The notes under the pieces are model-generated. The model did no database searches. It saw nothing but the letters and a program-made list of their open reading frames with translations, and was not told where the DNA came from. Positions 1 through 12,283 of a stretch of 64,000 bases of DNA are shown here, piece by piece. Position 1 is the first letter of the stretch; each line of letters opens with the position of its first letter. Position numbers and translations under genes: made by a program. This stretch comes from Macrostomum lignano (lineage: Eukaryota): the NCBI GenBank assembly GCA_002269645.1, contig NIVC01002769.1, forward strand, positions 78,071 to 142,070, given 5' to 3'.

Positions 1-303
1 CGCCACTGCACATCGGAATTCATCCCGCCATCTGACGGAGATCAGCTAGTCATGTCTGCCGGATTCACCTTCATTGAAACCGCCGTGCAGCACTTCTACT
101 TCAACGGCTCCATCGCTACAGTCGATTCATCTGAACGTAAGAGTAGTGCCTTCTCTGTCGATCGATTCGAGAGACTGAATCTGGGGCTGTCATCGAAAGA
201 CTCAAAGTGCCTGAACGGCACAATGTTCTGCTACGGGTTCAGCCTTGGAGCTCTCAGCCTCGACGAGTTTCACCAGCTCGAGCTGCTGTGCTCAAATGAC
301 TGA
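1..303 (+). CDS. Terminal exon (partial) of a PAN/Apple + LamG-like secreted protein paralogue
   Basis: Open frame from base 1 (RHCTSEFIPPSDGDQLVMSAGFTF...LNGTMFCYGFSLGALSLDEFHQLELLCSND*) is homologous to exon 3 of the gene at 4908-6100; the 5' part lies outside the window. Confidence 0.75.
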   Translation, partial: RHCTSEFIPPSDGDQLVMSAGFTFIETAVQHFYFNGSIATVDSSERKSSAFSVDRFERLNLGLSSKDSKCLNGTMFCYGFSLGALSLDEFHQLELLCSND

Positions 304-1996
304 ATTCAACCTCAAAGTCAGTCAACGGTTGTTATAGTAGAAGAGATATTTACTCAATTAATATAGGGAGTAAGAACTCTAAAGAGATTTTAATATCAGT
401 ACTCTAATAAGTTTTGGAAAGAATGCTTTATGCGCTGACGCTATAAAAATACGTTCCAAACAACCGATCAATCAGTCGTCGAATGACAAGCGTATCCTGA
501 CTCAACTCTTCAATTGAAGGAATAATTTCAGAAGAAACAATAACAATCACGTTTTAGGGAAACAGCTTTGATCCCTATAAAACTTCGAATTCATTTGAAT
601 GTATTCTTAAAACATATAATAACTTATTTGATATTCCCTTTTAATAATTAGTTGGCAGCCAGGCTGTTACAGCCGGATTCTAAATATACATTTCAAATCC
701 TAATGAGATCCTTTTGAGGTCTATAATCTCTGTCTGTAATATTACTAAATTGTTTATTATTTTAGTCGTGTTCCAGCCTTCTCTCCGACAGATTATTAAA
801 AGCCAATTTACAGAAGAGACGCTTCCTTCACAATATACCGGTAGAAGGCGCTATTGAAACAAATAGCGAAATATTCTAGAAATAGAAAATAGAAAATAGA
901 AATGGCACCGAGCCAATGCAATGACATGGTTACTCGATCAACATTTGCTTTCGAGACCGAGAAAAGCTTGATAGTCTGCAAAGCTTGAGAGTCTGCAAGC
1001 ATGAAACTACTCGTAAGTTAATGTGTCAAAGAAATAGGATAAATGAGATATTGAATCGCGTTTTACCGACTGAATACTTCCGTTCGATTATGCAAACTCT
1101 TTACGAGTACAAGACTTGTCTAAAGCTTCTAAAAATTCGAGCTATCAGCAGGAGGCGAAAGTCTTGAATTGAATATCAAATCAGCTACTATTACAGCAAC
1201 ACAGATCATGATGAGAAGGATTAGCGAATTCCCAGCACTGTCACTGATTCTCTTGCTGCTAGGCTGGAGCTCAGCAGCCGCTATTGCAGTAGTGCTATTG
1301 TTCGAGAAGTTCCATGGCTGTCCCACCGCAGAAGCCTCTCTGCTCCCGACTGCCCACCTGCAACGCATTCCACTTCAAAATTGGCACCGGCCAGTGTTAC
1401 CATGGAGACGCGTGCTCAGAACTCAAGCAATGGACTGACGAAGGCGACTGCGACTCGTACAAGTACACGGATGTGCTGTGCGGAGACTGCGGTGAGTTGC
1501 ACAGCAGCTCATACGTATTTGGACTGAAATTTTCATTTATTCCGTCTCAAATGAGCTGATCGAGTACTCAAATATTGTTTCAGACTTGCCTAAGCCCGAG
1601 TTCACCAAGCTCAAACTGAAGCTGTTCTACAAGTTCTCGAGGAGCGGTCTCAGGAATGAAGTCAACCCGAGGCAGTTCTGTCTGAAGTCTTGCAACGTAA
1701 AAATCGACTCAGTGGGTGCTCACTTTGATGGTAATTCTGGCTCATTCCTGAGCACAGCGACTCCCGGATTCTGGAGATTCTTCAAGCTCGGTGAAAAGTA
1801 CTCTGGATTCGTTTGAGTTCGGTACTTGTTCCACGATTCACTATAAGCTGAGGCGTGAATATTGAATGCGTTAATCTTGTTTCAATTAAACTCGTTTTTA
1901 GAAATTGTATTCAGAAAAAATTGTACCATTTCAGAAATCAGAATTATCACTGGTTTTAATCGGCGAGTGGCTCTTACGGCAATTCATTCTTTTCAT

Positions 1997-2142
1997 CACG
2001 TAGCCGTATACGCGACTTTGCTAAGGTAGGCAAAATCTCATTCGAACTTCAAAGTCACTGCACATCGGCACGTAGCCGTATACGCGACTTTGCTAAGGTA
2101 GGCAAAATCTCATTCGAACTTCAAAGTCACTGCACATCGGCA
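1997..2142 (+). repeat. Perfect 72-bp tandem duplication inside the pseudogene
   Basis: CACGTAGCCGTATACGCGACTTTGCTAAGG...CACATCGG starts at both 1997 and 2069. Confidence 0.9.
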
Positions 2143-2256
2143 CCTATACTGTCATCTGATGGAAATCAGCTAGTCATTTCTGCGGGATTCACCTTCAATG
2201 AAACCGCTGTGCAGCACTTCTAATTCAACGGCTCCCTTGCTACAGTCGATTCATAT

Positions 2257-2570
2257 TGTTGTGTCGTGACAATGCTGCCCTGAAAAGGGCCGTTTTACTT
2301 ATTAGCTAGTTTATTAACTGCGCAGTATTTTTCTACCTTCTCTATTACAAATAGACGTTTATGTAATGGGCACGTCGCATTGTTATTTTCTATCTTTCTG
2401 ATTTAGGCTATTAATTATTGATTGTATAGTAATTTGGTATTTAGGCAAATATAAGAGCACGGTTGTCATGTTAAGAGAAACCGTCTTTCTTCCCGGTTCA
2501 ACCGCTACAGCGTTCCTGTTAGTTTCTTCGGAAGACACTACACATATAGCGCCACAAACCATGTCTACTC
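2257..2570 (+). mobile_element. Short inserted repeat (possible LTR fragment), related to 34000-34304
   Basis: Interrupts exon 3 relative to the paralogues. Starts TGTTGTGTCGTGACAA...AAAAGGGCCGTTTTACT, matching the reverse complement of 34260-34304. The right boundary is approximate. Confidence 0.45.
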
Positions 2571-3471
2571 GGTAGATCGATTTCAGATACTGAATCTGGG
2601 ACGGTCATCGACAGACTCAAAGTGCCTGAACAGCACAATGTTCTGCTACGGTTTCAGTCTTGGAGCTTTCAGCCTGGATGACTTTCACCAACTCGAGCTG
2701 CATGCTGTGCTCGAATGACTGAACTCGACTTCGAAGTCAGTCAAATGTTGGTAATAAAATTTACTCAATTAATTTAGGCAATAACAATTATAAAAAGATT
2801 ATTATAACGCTTTAATAATTTTGGCTGGAAATTAAAGTGAAGCAGATAGCTTTATTTAGGTTCTGATGCTGTAAAAAGATGTAATTTCAGACAACCAACT
2901 AAGCCGTCGTCTAAATATCTCGAATCCACTCCAGTTTATGAACAAGGGCCACTCAAGTAGAAGGACAGGAAACTTCGTCTCTTGGAAAGTTTTTAAGAGG
3001 CAGGTTTTGCCTTAAAATACATTACCGAGAATGAAGGCTTTCAATTTTTCAGCGCAAAAATGGTTATTGCTTTTGATTGGAGGCTGATCCAATGTTCATC
3101 CCATAAAAATGGCACAGCTCGACTCATTGGTTTTATGAATCTATTTCATCATTCTGTTACACATTTTCTTACACAGTTACACTAATAAAAACCTCCATTC
3201 TCCGTTATATATGTTTTTCCGGCCTTCTAAAATTTTCCAAGAAGTGTCGTTTCCAGTCCTTCTACTTGAGTAGCCCTTGTCTATGCACCCGCGTCGTTTC
3301 TCGCAAAATGATCGCTTCTAAGCTGGTACACAGCTTTGATGCCTATGGTATTTTGCATTCCCCAAAATGTAGCAAATCTCATAAAAATGTTATAAGTATC
3401 TATTTGACATTCCCTTCAATATTTAGTTGGCATCGATGCCGTTAAATAATCTGATTCTAAATTTATATTTC

Positions 3472-4329
3472 TGTGACGTTGCTAGTTTAAGGTGGTCCCG
3501 CAAAAAGGCCGTTGGACTACAATTTTCCTTATAATTTCTCATTTAAAATTTCCAATTGTGTATTCTCACGTTTACTTGTAGTAGCGCGCAACTAATCTGT
3601 ATCAATTGCTAAATCACTGCGTACTTTGTAAGCCTTGCGTACGGCTGTAGGGTCTCGCGCGATCGATAATTTCTGTTTCTTGTTTTTCCCGCGCCAGCCA
3701 ATAATAACTCTCCGCATATATTATGTTAACCCTCCTGCGCTCCTTTATTAACCCCGCCTGGCGGCGGGCTGGGGGTTTTATTCACTTTCGTTCCTTTCCT
3801 TCCTTCGTCTCCTTCCCTCTGTCCTGGCGTTCCTTCGTTTCCTTCCTTCGTTCTTTCGTTCCTTTCCTTCCTTCTCTCTCCTTATCTCTCGCCACGGCTC
3901 CACTGTCTGGGCCAGACTGTCTCTTGCTCCACTGTATACTGCCACGGGCCGGCGCCCAATCTCGCCACTTAATCTGTTGCCTACTTGTTACTCACTGCCA
4001 TCACTGTGCTCACAGCCATCACTTGCTACTCGGCTTCATCCCAAGTATCATCATCTACTCAACTCTCATCTATACCACTAAATTGCATCAACCCATTGTT
4101 GCAGCCGCCAGTGCCCCATAACGCCATAAGCTTCTGTATTAACATTAAACATTGATAATTATAAACCAGTTGGCGTCTCTTATTATATATCGCCATTGCC
4201 AAGTGCTACCGCTACAAACTCTACTCTGCCATTGTTGAGTTCACCATCCTTTTGGGACTGATAACGTCAGTACCCTCGTCAAACGGCCCTTTTGAGGGCT
4301 ATAGCCATTACAACGCCAATAACGTGACA
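3472..4329. mobile_element. Probable solo LTR (TGT...ACA)
   Basis: Termini TGTGACGTT...AACGTGACA (imperfect inverted), flanks ATTTC/ATTTT (4 of 5 bp TSD match); absent from the homologous spacer at about 680-720; no coding signature. Confidence 0.5.
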
Positions 4330-4907
4330 ATTTTATATCCCTATAAGACCCTTTTAATGTCTATAATCTCCTGTCTGTTTAATTGATATTGTTTCACTCG
4401 CGTGCGGGCTCCGGTCCGACAGATAGTGCTGTTAACAAAAATCGCGAAAAAAATATTCAGCAAGCTAATGCAAACACCTTGCAACTGAGGCTCCTATGTA
4501 AACTGCCAGCCACCCTAATTGCAATGGCTAAAAGCCAGCAATATAGCTGTCACATTAAAACAATTCTTAGACCAGGGATCGTTGTGGCACCGTCCGAGCC
4601 TATGCAAAGACAGTTAGTCGCTCACATTTGCTTACCGAGAGACGCTTAGCGCCAACAGAGTTTGGAAGCAGGAAACACAGTTGATGTGCCTATAGGAAAT
4701 GGAAGAAATTCCATTTCATCCCATTATGGCGACTAATGGCATCCCAATGGCATAAGTAATGGAATCCAATTTAGGCGACTGAATACTTCCGTTCCATAAT
4801 GCAGTGGCTTGTGTGGAGACTTGTCTCGAGCTTTTAAAAACTCCAGCCATCTTGCCATTCAGTGAGCTATCAGCAGCAGGCGTAGTGCAATTACTGCAAC
4901 ACCTACC

Positions 4908-6100
4908 ATGATGAGAAGGATTAGCAAAGTCCTATTCCCGTCACTGATACTCTCACTGCTAGGCTGGAGCTCAGCAGCCGGTGCCTCCGCCTCTAAGCTG
5001 TCGTTCGAGAAGTTCCACAGCTGTCCCACCAAAGAAGCCTCTCTGCTGCCGCAAAAGCTGACCAGCAAGCTGCAGTGCGCCGCCGCCTGCTCCCGACTGC
5101 CCACCTGCAATGCATTCCACTTCAAAATTGGCACTGGCCAGTGTTACCATGGAGACGCGTGCTCAGAACTCAAGCAATGGACTGACGAAGGCGACTGCGA
5201 CTCGTACAAGTACACGGATGTGCTGTGCGGAGACTGCGGTGAGTTGCACAGCAGCTCATACGTATTTGGACTGAAATTTTCATTTATTCCGTCTCAAATG
5301 AGCTGATCGAGTACTCAAATATTGTTTCAGCCTTGCCTAAGCCCGAGTTCACCAAGCTCAAACTGAAGCTGTTCTACAAGTTCTCGAGGAGCGGTCTCAG
5401 GAATGAAGTCAACCCGAGACAGTTCTGTCTGAAGTCTCGCAACGTGACAATCGACTCAGTAGGTGCTCACTTTGATGGTCATTCTGGCTCATTCCTGAGC
5501 ACAGCGACTCCCGGATTCTGGAGATTCTTCAAGCTCGGTGAAAAGTACTCTGCTTTCGTTCGAGTGCAGCACTTGTTCAACGATTCGCTGTAAGCTGAGG
5601 CGTGAATATTGCATTTAAAAGTTAAATGTAGTGGCTGACCACGACCAAGACTTGCAGAATCTTTTCACTATTTTAGTGTCCAGTTCTATCAAAAGTTTTC
5701 GAACAACAATTCCGAGTTAGGAAATTCGTTTTATTTGAAAGAGCGAAAAATCTACGACGTTGTTAAGGTGGAACCGGACGTAAATGGGAATAGAAAAATT
5801 CGCTCTAAGTCGCAGCCAATCCTGCCATCTGACGGAGCCCAGCGAGTGATGTCAACGGGATTCGCTTGCAATGGAACCGCCGTGCACCAATTTTACTTTA
5901 ACGGCTCGCTGGCTTTAGCTGATTCGGTTGAACGCGAATCAAGCGTCTACTCGGTAGATCGATTTGAGATACTGAATCTGGGACGGTCATCGACAGATTC
6001 AAATTGCCTGAACGGCACAATGTTCTGCTACGGTTTCAGCCTTGGAGCTCTCAGCCTGGAAGAGTTTCACCAGCTTGAGCTGATGTGCTCAAACGGCTGA
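4908..6100 (+). CDS. Secreted PAN/Apple-domain + LamG/pentraxin-like protein, 337 aa; exons 4908-5238, 5331-5589, 5677-6100
   Basis: Hydrophobic signal peptide; PAN motif QCAAACSRLPTCNAFHF...GQCY; LamG-like AHFDG.SGSFL and C-terminal LNLG...LNG.MFC...ALS.EEFHQL...C. GT-AG introns 5239-5330 (phase 1) and 5590-5676 (phase 2) give a continuous 1014-nt frame. Confidence 0.7.
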
Positions 6101-7020
6101 ATTCGACTTCAAAGTCAGTCAAATTTTGATGATCGCAGAAATTTACACTCGATATGTTGAGACAATTTGAAGTCCAAAAGCAACTATAAAAAACCTAACA
6201 GAGCCTAAAACCAAAGACACTACTTATAAGTATGACAAATATACCTCGTATCTACACAAGTCGAATTACTCGTATGTCTAGTTAACCGCCTCGCCCTAAA
6301 AGTGTACACGTATGAATATATATATAATTAATAATTTGCCCTAATATTTATAAAGTTTTTTTCAGTTTGAAATTAAACCAAAACCAACTATTGTTGAAGA
6401 AATTCTTCTCTTATGTTTAATCTTATTGAATATTTTATAAACCTAAATAAACTGATAGCAGCAGTTATTGCTAGCAAAACTGCAAATTATATCACTAACC
6501 CTGGCATCGAAATGTTAAGACTTTCTGATAGAATTTCCTAGAAATCATTTTTAAAAATAATCAGTTAAAATCTGCGGATTAAAACAAAGAACCAAATTTT
6601 CAACTTAACACGTCAACTTGCAAGCCGAGCTCTAACTTGAGAATTTTGTTATCTATCAATAAAGCGAAAATTCTCTGACATTCTGCTGTGTGCTTCACGC
6701 TATCTAACCCGATTATGTAATCGTTTGCTGCATATAGCTGCGGGAGGACGGTGAAACATGGGCAACCTCTTATGGGTAATTAACAGGAATACTTACCGAC
6801 TACCGCGAAAGAGACAGTAAACAGTCTCTTTCAGGTGGTAAACAAAAATCTTTCTAATTGAAACTTTTCAAACCATATCTAGCTATTGGTGCTTAAAGTT
6901 AATGTGTCGTATTCACGGTTATTTGCTTCGCAATCACACTTGGACCTGTCGGTATTGAATAGCCGGTTACACACTGTTTTTATCAAAAGGGACTTGCACT
7001 GTAGACATTATACTGTTGCC

Positions 7021-7449
7021 GCCCCTGTTGCTGGCGCCCCTGGCGCTGGCGCCCCTGGTGCTAAAGCCCCTGGTGCTAAAGCCCCTGGTGCTAAAGCCCC
7101 TGGTGCTAAAGCCCCTGGTGCTAAAGCCCCTGGTGCTAAAGCCCCTGGTGCTAAAGCCCCTGGTGCTAAAGCCCCTGGTGCTAAAGCCCCTGGTGCTAAA
7201 GCCCCTGGTGCTAAAGCCCCTGGTGCTAAAGCCCCTGGTGCTAAAGCCCCTGGTGCTAAAGCCCCTGGTGCTAAAGCCCCTGGTGCTAAAGCCCCTGGTG
7301 CTAAAGCCCCTGGTGCTAAAGCCCCTGGTGCTAAAGCCCCTGGTGCTAAAGCCCCTGGTGCTAAAGCCCCTGGTGCTAAAGCCCCTGGTGCTAAAGCCCC
7401 TGGTGCTAAAGCCCCTGGTGCTAAAGCCCCTAGAGCTGGCGCCCCTGGT
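7021..7449 (+). repeat. 15-bp minisatellite (GCCCCTGGTGCTAAA)n, about 28 units
   Basis: 25 perfect units at 7051-7425 flanked by GCCCCTGG(T/C)GCTGGC-type variants. Confidence 0.97.
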
Positions 7450-9095
7450 AGTGAAGTGTTCAGTCGCGCTAAGAGTGAAACCCATTGAACTCGAAAGATA
7501 GAAAACCTTGAATTGCCAATTTGATTTAGAGCATGTGTAATGGCTGTGTTCGACAAGTGCAGCCTGAATGTCCGCGACTACCACATGCACTCGCTGGGGT
7601 TTGATTGTTTGTCAAAGAGCAGCTTGTGCGTCCAAGAATAGACGACGTTACACCAGACGTACTACTAGCTCGTACGATGGGTGTCTTCTCCTTTCTAACT
7701 TAAACCGGGTGACTAACTCTACTTTTAATTAGTAGTATAGGTTGATATCAGTATAATTATAGAACCGCTTGTTGCATTCTTTAGGTAAATTATTCTAATA
7801 AATGCGCAGCAGCCAGAATAATAGTTTGTTTTACTAGTATCTTTATGGATAAATTTAAACAATATTTTTAAGACGTAAAAAATTCACATTATTGCTCAAT
7901 CGTGTTTAAGCATGAAACTGCACAATATTAAAAGAAATTTAAATAAAAGATTAATTTTAAGTCGTACATAGTATGCGTTTTTCATTACTTTACTTTCTTT
8001 TAAATCCACTCACTTCATACAATGCAATAGAAAAAATCTAGCTTATAAAAAAGATTACCATTTTAGTCAGCTGATTGATATTTTCCTAAAATCAATTGCT
8101 GGCACGTTTATTATCAGCCATAATTGTGCTGCGACCGCATTTCTAGACCAAACGTCATCTCTGTGTCAATTATACGCTAATGTGTGACAGGAAAACGTCA
8201 CAACCGCACACCGTTTTCGTGACGCGGCTCTTCAGTGTGCATTTGTAATTAGTGAACAGAGAGGCGGCGACCGATTTAATGAGAGCGGGACGGAGGGAAG
8301 ATGGTGGAAAGAGGTTGGGGTCACGGACGCAGCTTTAGTAGACCGACAGACCCGGCCTTCAAAGTTGTGTCCGTGCGCCTGTCTCAGCTATAGCGCTCGC
8401 TCACATCAAGGCTGCACGCCGTTCACTCCAGACTGAATAGAGATTTGACTGACAAAGCGTATTTCTCTCTTCTAATCCAGTTTCCGATCACGTGATTCTC
8501 AAGCGTCTCTACCAACAACTCTCATTCAACATTTATAAGTGAGTACGACACAGTGAATCAAATTCATAGTTATTTTCCCAAAGACCAGTTACTATAAAGT
8601 TACAGTTTGAACATTAAAGTATTAGTCTTATTGTGCGCATTGTGGAAGACTATCTTGCCAGAGGACGCCAAGCCTAAGCGTGCCGCAATGCCGCCGCTTC
8701 GCACAAGCTGTTGCTTCTGCAGTCAGCTCTATACTACGTGACTGGCTTTGTTTCTGCCCCCTTCAGGTAATTCGCGAGTGCGAGCGCGCGTATTTAATCC
8801 CGAGAATTGACCCACAATCCCTACGCCGCAAAAACAACAGCTGGCAATATAGTATAGAATTGCTATTCAAATCCTCCATAAGAATGGGAGAAAAGATCTG
8901 GAGAGAAAAATAAATCCGATCGCCTCATAGTCCTCAAAACCTTCGGGGGAGGAACTACGGAAGCTTGTAAAGCAGTAAATACTGAGTTACTGCAGTAAAA
9001 AAACAGCGCATAAATGTTGCACAGTACTTTGTTAGTCTGCGCGTGTCTTTATTAGATTTTTAAACTGCCGATTGCATCCTGATTTCTGAGTCCTC

Positions 9096-12000
9096 ATGTC
9101 CCTGGTGGTCTGGTCCCTGAGGCGCCTAGTCAACTATCGCGTGCTGCTCCTCATTCCGCTGTTGTGGTTCGCCGTCGCTCTCTTCTTGATCGGCTCTCAC
9201 AACGGTGGCAGTGATCACCCGGTTGAAGATCGCGGCGACAGACTACTGGACGGCAGCAAAGACGATGTCGACGACTCGGTCTTGGGCTCGATTCGGGAGG
9301 CGATTCGACTAGATAAAGAGCGCGTCAGAGCCGAGCTGTGGAATGCGGATTCAGCAGATAAATCCCGCTTAACTAAGAAGAGCAGAGACGATGTTGCTTC
9401 GGCAATCGATGCAGACATCCGTAACCGAATGGCTAAGTTGAAACGTAAAAATGAGCAATTCAGGCAACGTCTGGCAGATTTGAGGAAGGCTGCCACTGAG
9501 ACAACAACAGCCGAAGAAACAACGGAGGAATCGACGACAGCGACAGCAAAGACAACCACAGGAACGACCAAAACTTCGTCCGTAACTGCAAAAACAAGCA
9601 AGACGTCGACTGAAACAACGCCGACGACAACCCAGCAAGTCACCAGCAAGTTGCCGACCCCGACAGGTCCCGGCGAGCTCGGCGCCAGCGTGGTAGTCAA
9701 CAAGCAGCTGCTGGATCAGCGCCAACTCGAACGATTTGAGCGAGGCTGGAAGGAGAATGCGTTCAACGAATACGCCAGCGAACTAATCAGTGTGCAACGC
9801 AGGTTGCAGGTAATTTTTACCTTCGATTTTTTGTCAGAGTAGCTTTTTTGAGCATCGATAGATGAAGTATTTTTCTAGCTAGGGCCAATTAACTAGACTG
9901 AGCACTTTTCTGGGTGTTATTACTGAATACTTGACCGATTTGTAGCACCTTTATGGCAATAGTTTTTTAGCGAAACATGATAATGCAGATAGATTCTGAG
10001 AAAGCTTCTTTAATGAAAAAAAACTTAGCGTTTGTTATAATTATCAGGATTACCGTCCAAAGGACTGCCGAAACAGAAAGTACTCGATTGAGCAGCTGCC
10101 AAACACCAGCGTCATCATGTGCATGCACAACGAGGCCTGGAGCGTCCTTCTGCGCAGCATCCACTCTGTGCTGGACAGAGCACCGCCTGCTTTGCTGCAC
10201 GAGATCATTCTAGTAGACGACTTCTCTAATCGACCTCACCTAGGCCGACCCCTTGAAGATTACCTGGCAAAACTCGGTCGCGTACGCTTGTTGCGCAACA
10301 AGAAACGCGAAGGTTTAATTCGATCAAGATTGGTTGGCGCGTCTGTGGCCACCGGGCAGACGCTGACCTTCCTCGACTCGCACATCGAGTGCACCAACGG
10401 CTGGCTGGAGCCGCTGCTCCAACGCATCCGAGACGATCGACGAAATGTCGCCGTGCCCTACATCGACGTTATCAACGAAGATAACTTCGGCTTCTTCCAC
10501 GTCGCCAACGAGCGCATGGTTGTTGGTGGATTCCGCTGGAACACCATGAGCTTCAGCTGGCAGTCGATGCCGCAGAGAATCCGACAGAATCTCAGCAGCC
10601 TGGCTCAGCCGGTGCCGACGCCAACCATGGCCGGAGGACTTTTCAGCATCGATAGGAGCTACTTTGACGAGCTTGGTCGATACGATGAAGGCATGGAGAT
10701 TTGGGGCGCGGAGAATCTTGAAATCAGGTGAGCATAGATGTACATATTCGTAACTTATCTAATGAAAATCTATTAGTATACAGAGATAATGATTTTAAAA
10801 AAAGTACATCCACACATTTATCCAGCCAATTTTAACCCGAATCACTCGTCAAATCTCATCCCAGCTGATCCTACTGTATGAGGATCCTGAGAGCGTGTGT
10901 ACCTACCAGCCAACCAAACGATGAAAGTCAAAACCACTGTGCACCCTTTAAAAGTTGCTCGAGTGTTGTGCCTGACTCACATTCAAACAAAAGTATCCAA
11001 ACAAATATTCCTTGCAGTTTCCGCATCTGGATGTGCGGCGGTCGCATCGAGATTCTGCCCTGCTCCATCATCGGTCACGTGTTTCGCACCCGAAGCCCCT
11101 ACTCCTGGGGCGAAGGGTCCGGCGATGTTCTCAAGCGGAACACTGTTCGAATGGCCGAAGTGTGGATGGATAATTTCAAGCATATTTATTATCGCCAGTT
11201 TAATAACCTGCTGGGCGACTTTGGCGATGTTTCTGAGCGACTTGCTCTCCGAAAACGGCTCAACTGCCATTCGTTTCGCTGGTACTTGGAGCACGTCTAC
11301 CCTGAGCAGCTGAGATGGGGCAACAGCACGCGAATCGGGGTCATTCAGTCCTTCCGCCTAGTTGGCGGAGATGCCTGGTGCCTTGACGGAATCAGGCGAC
11401 AAGGAGGCGCTGAAGTCAGCCTGCAGCGGTGCCACAACAAGGTATTGGAATGTGAATCTAATCACTGCTCTCGATCTTTTTCTTTCCCGCTACACTAAAA
11501 ATGAGTTGTCAGTATCTATATTTCCTATCTAACATCCCTGATATCAACATAAAAATATATTGTGGCTTTATTACAACATCGTTGGGTCTAGTATTAGTGT
11601 TATAGTGCCGTATTGGGTCTCTTATTAGTGCCCCGTGCTTCCATATCTAGATATCCTATTCATATCTAGATCATTTTCTTCTATATCAAGATCCTCTCCA
11701 TGCATTCATATCCGGGTCCTTTCCATCCACATCCGTGTCCTATCCTATCATATCCATTTCTTAACATATATTTCCGGGTCCTTTTCTTTCCCCTGCTCAT
11801 TTATGTCAATCAATCAATCAATTGCAGGAAATATAAAAATTAATATTAAATGAAAATAATAAATATACCATTAAAAACGCTAACCACACTACTATTACTC
11901 TACAGGGCGGCAATCAAGTCTGGACTCTGTCGCAGCACGGCGAGCTGATCCGTGAAACAGACTGCTTGCACTACAACGGTCGCGCCCTGACCCTCGTGGC

Positions 12001-12283
12001 CTGTCAAGGCTACGGAGGCTACGGCAAATACCAGAGCTGGCGGTACGAGGACACCGGGGACAGGCAGATTTACCACCCGGCCACTGGCCAGTGCCTAACC
12101 CTGCGGCACACGGCGGCCATGTCTCAGCCAGGCCTGAGCATGGAGTCCTGTCGAGAGCGGGACCAGAGCCAGGCCTGGAGGCTGCCCGAAGTGCTCGACC
12201 TGTCCGATAGCAGTCCGGATTTGAGTACAGACGGACCAGCCAGGGCTGTGCTGGAACCGCTAATGCCCAATGCTGTTGAATGA
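9096..12283 (+). CDS. GALNT: Polypeptide N-acetylgalactosaminyltransferase (GT27), 731 aa; exons 9096-9809, 10048-10727, 11018-11441, 11906-12283
   Basis: Type II TM anchor, stem, [38 protein letters not shown], DxH motif [24 protein letters not shown](I)[14 protein letters not shown], and a C-terminal ricin-type lectin. Intron phases 0/2/0 are all compatible. Confidence 0.95.

Larger units (their letters stand above)
1208..2722 (+). pseudogene. Pseudogene copy of the PAN/Apple + LamG-like gene
   Basis: Near-identical to 4908-6100 but has a 44-nt frameshifting deletion in exon 1 (about 1335), intron-2 donor changed from GTAAGC to ATAAGC, TAC>TAA stop near 2221, a 72-bp duplication and an insertion of about 310 bp in exon 3. 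Confidence 0.8.

Noticed and set aside
6886-7590. ORFs encoding (APGAK)n, (TRGFS)n, (APGAL)n, (KPLVL)n; likewise 17967-18710
   Set aside because: The 15-bp unit has no stop in several frames, so long ORFs are expected by construction; no coherent coding flanks or splice context.
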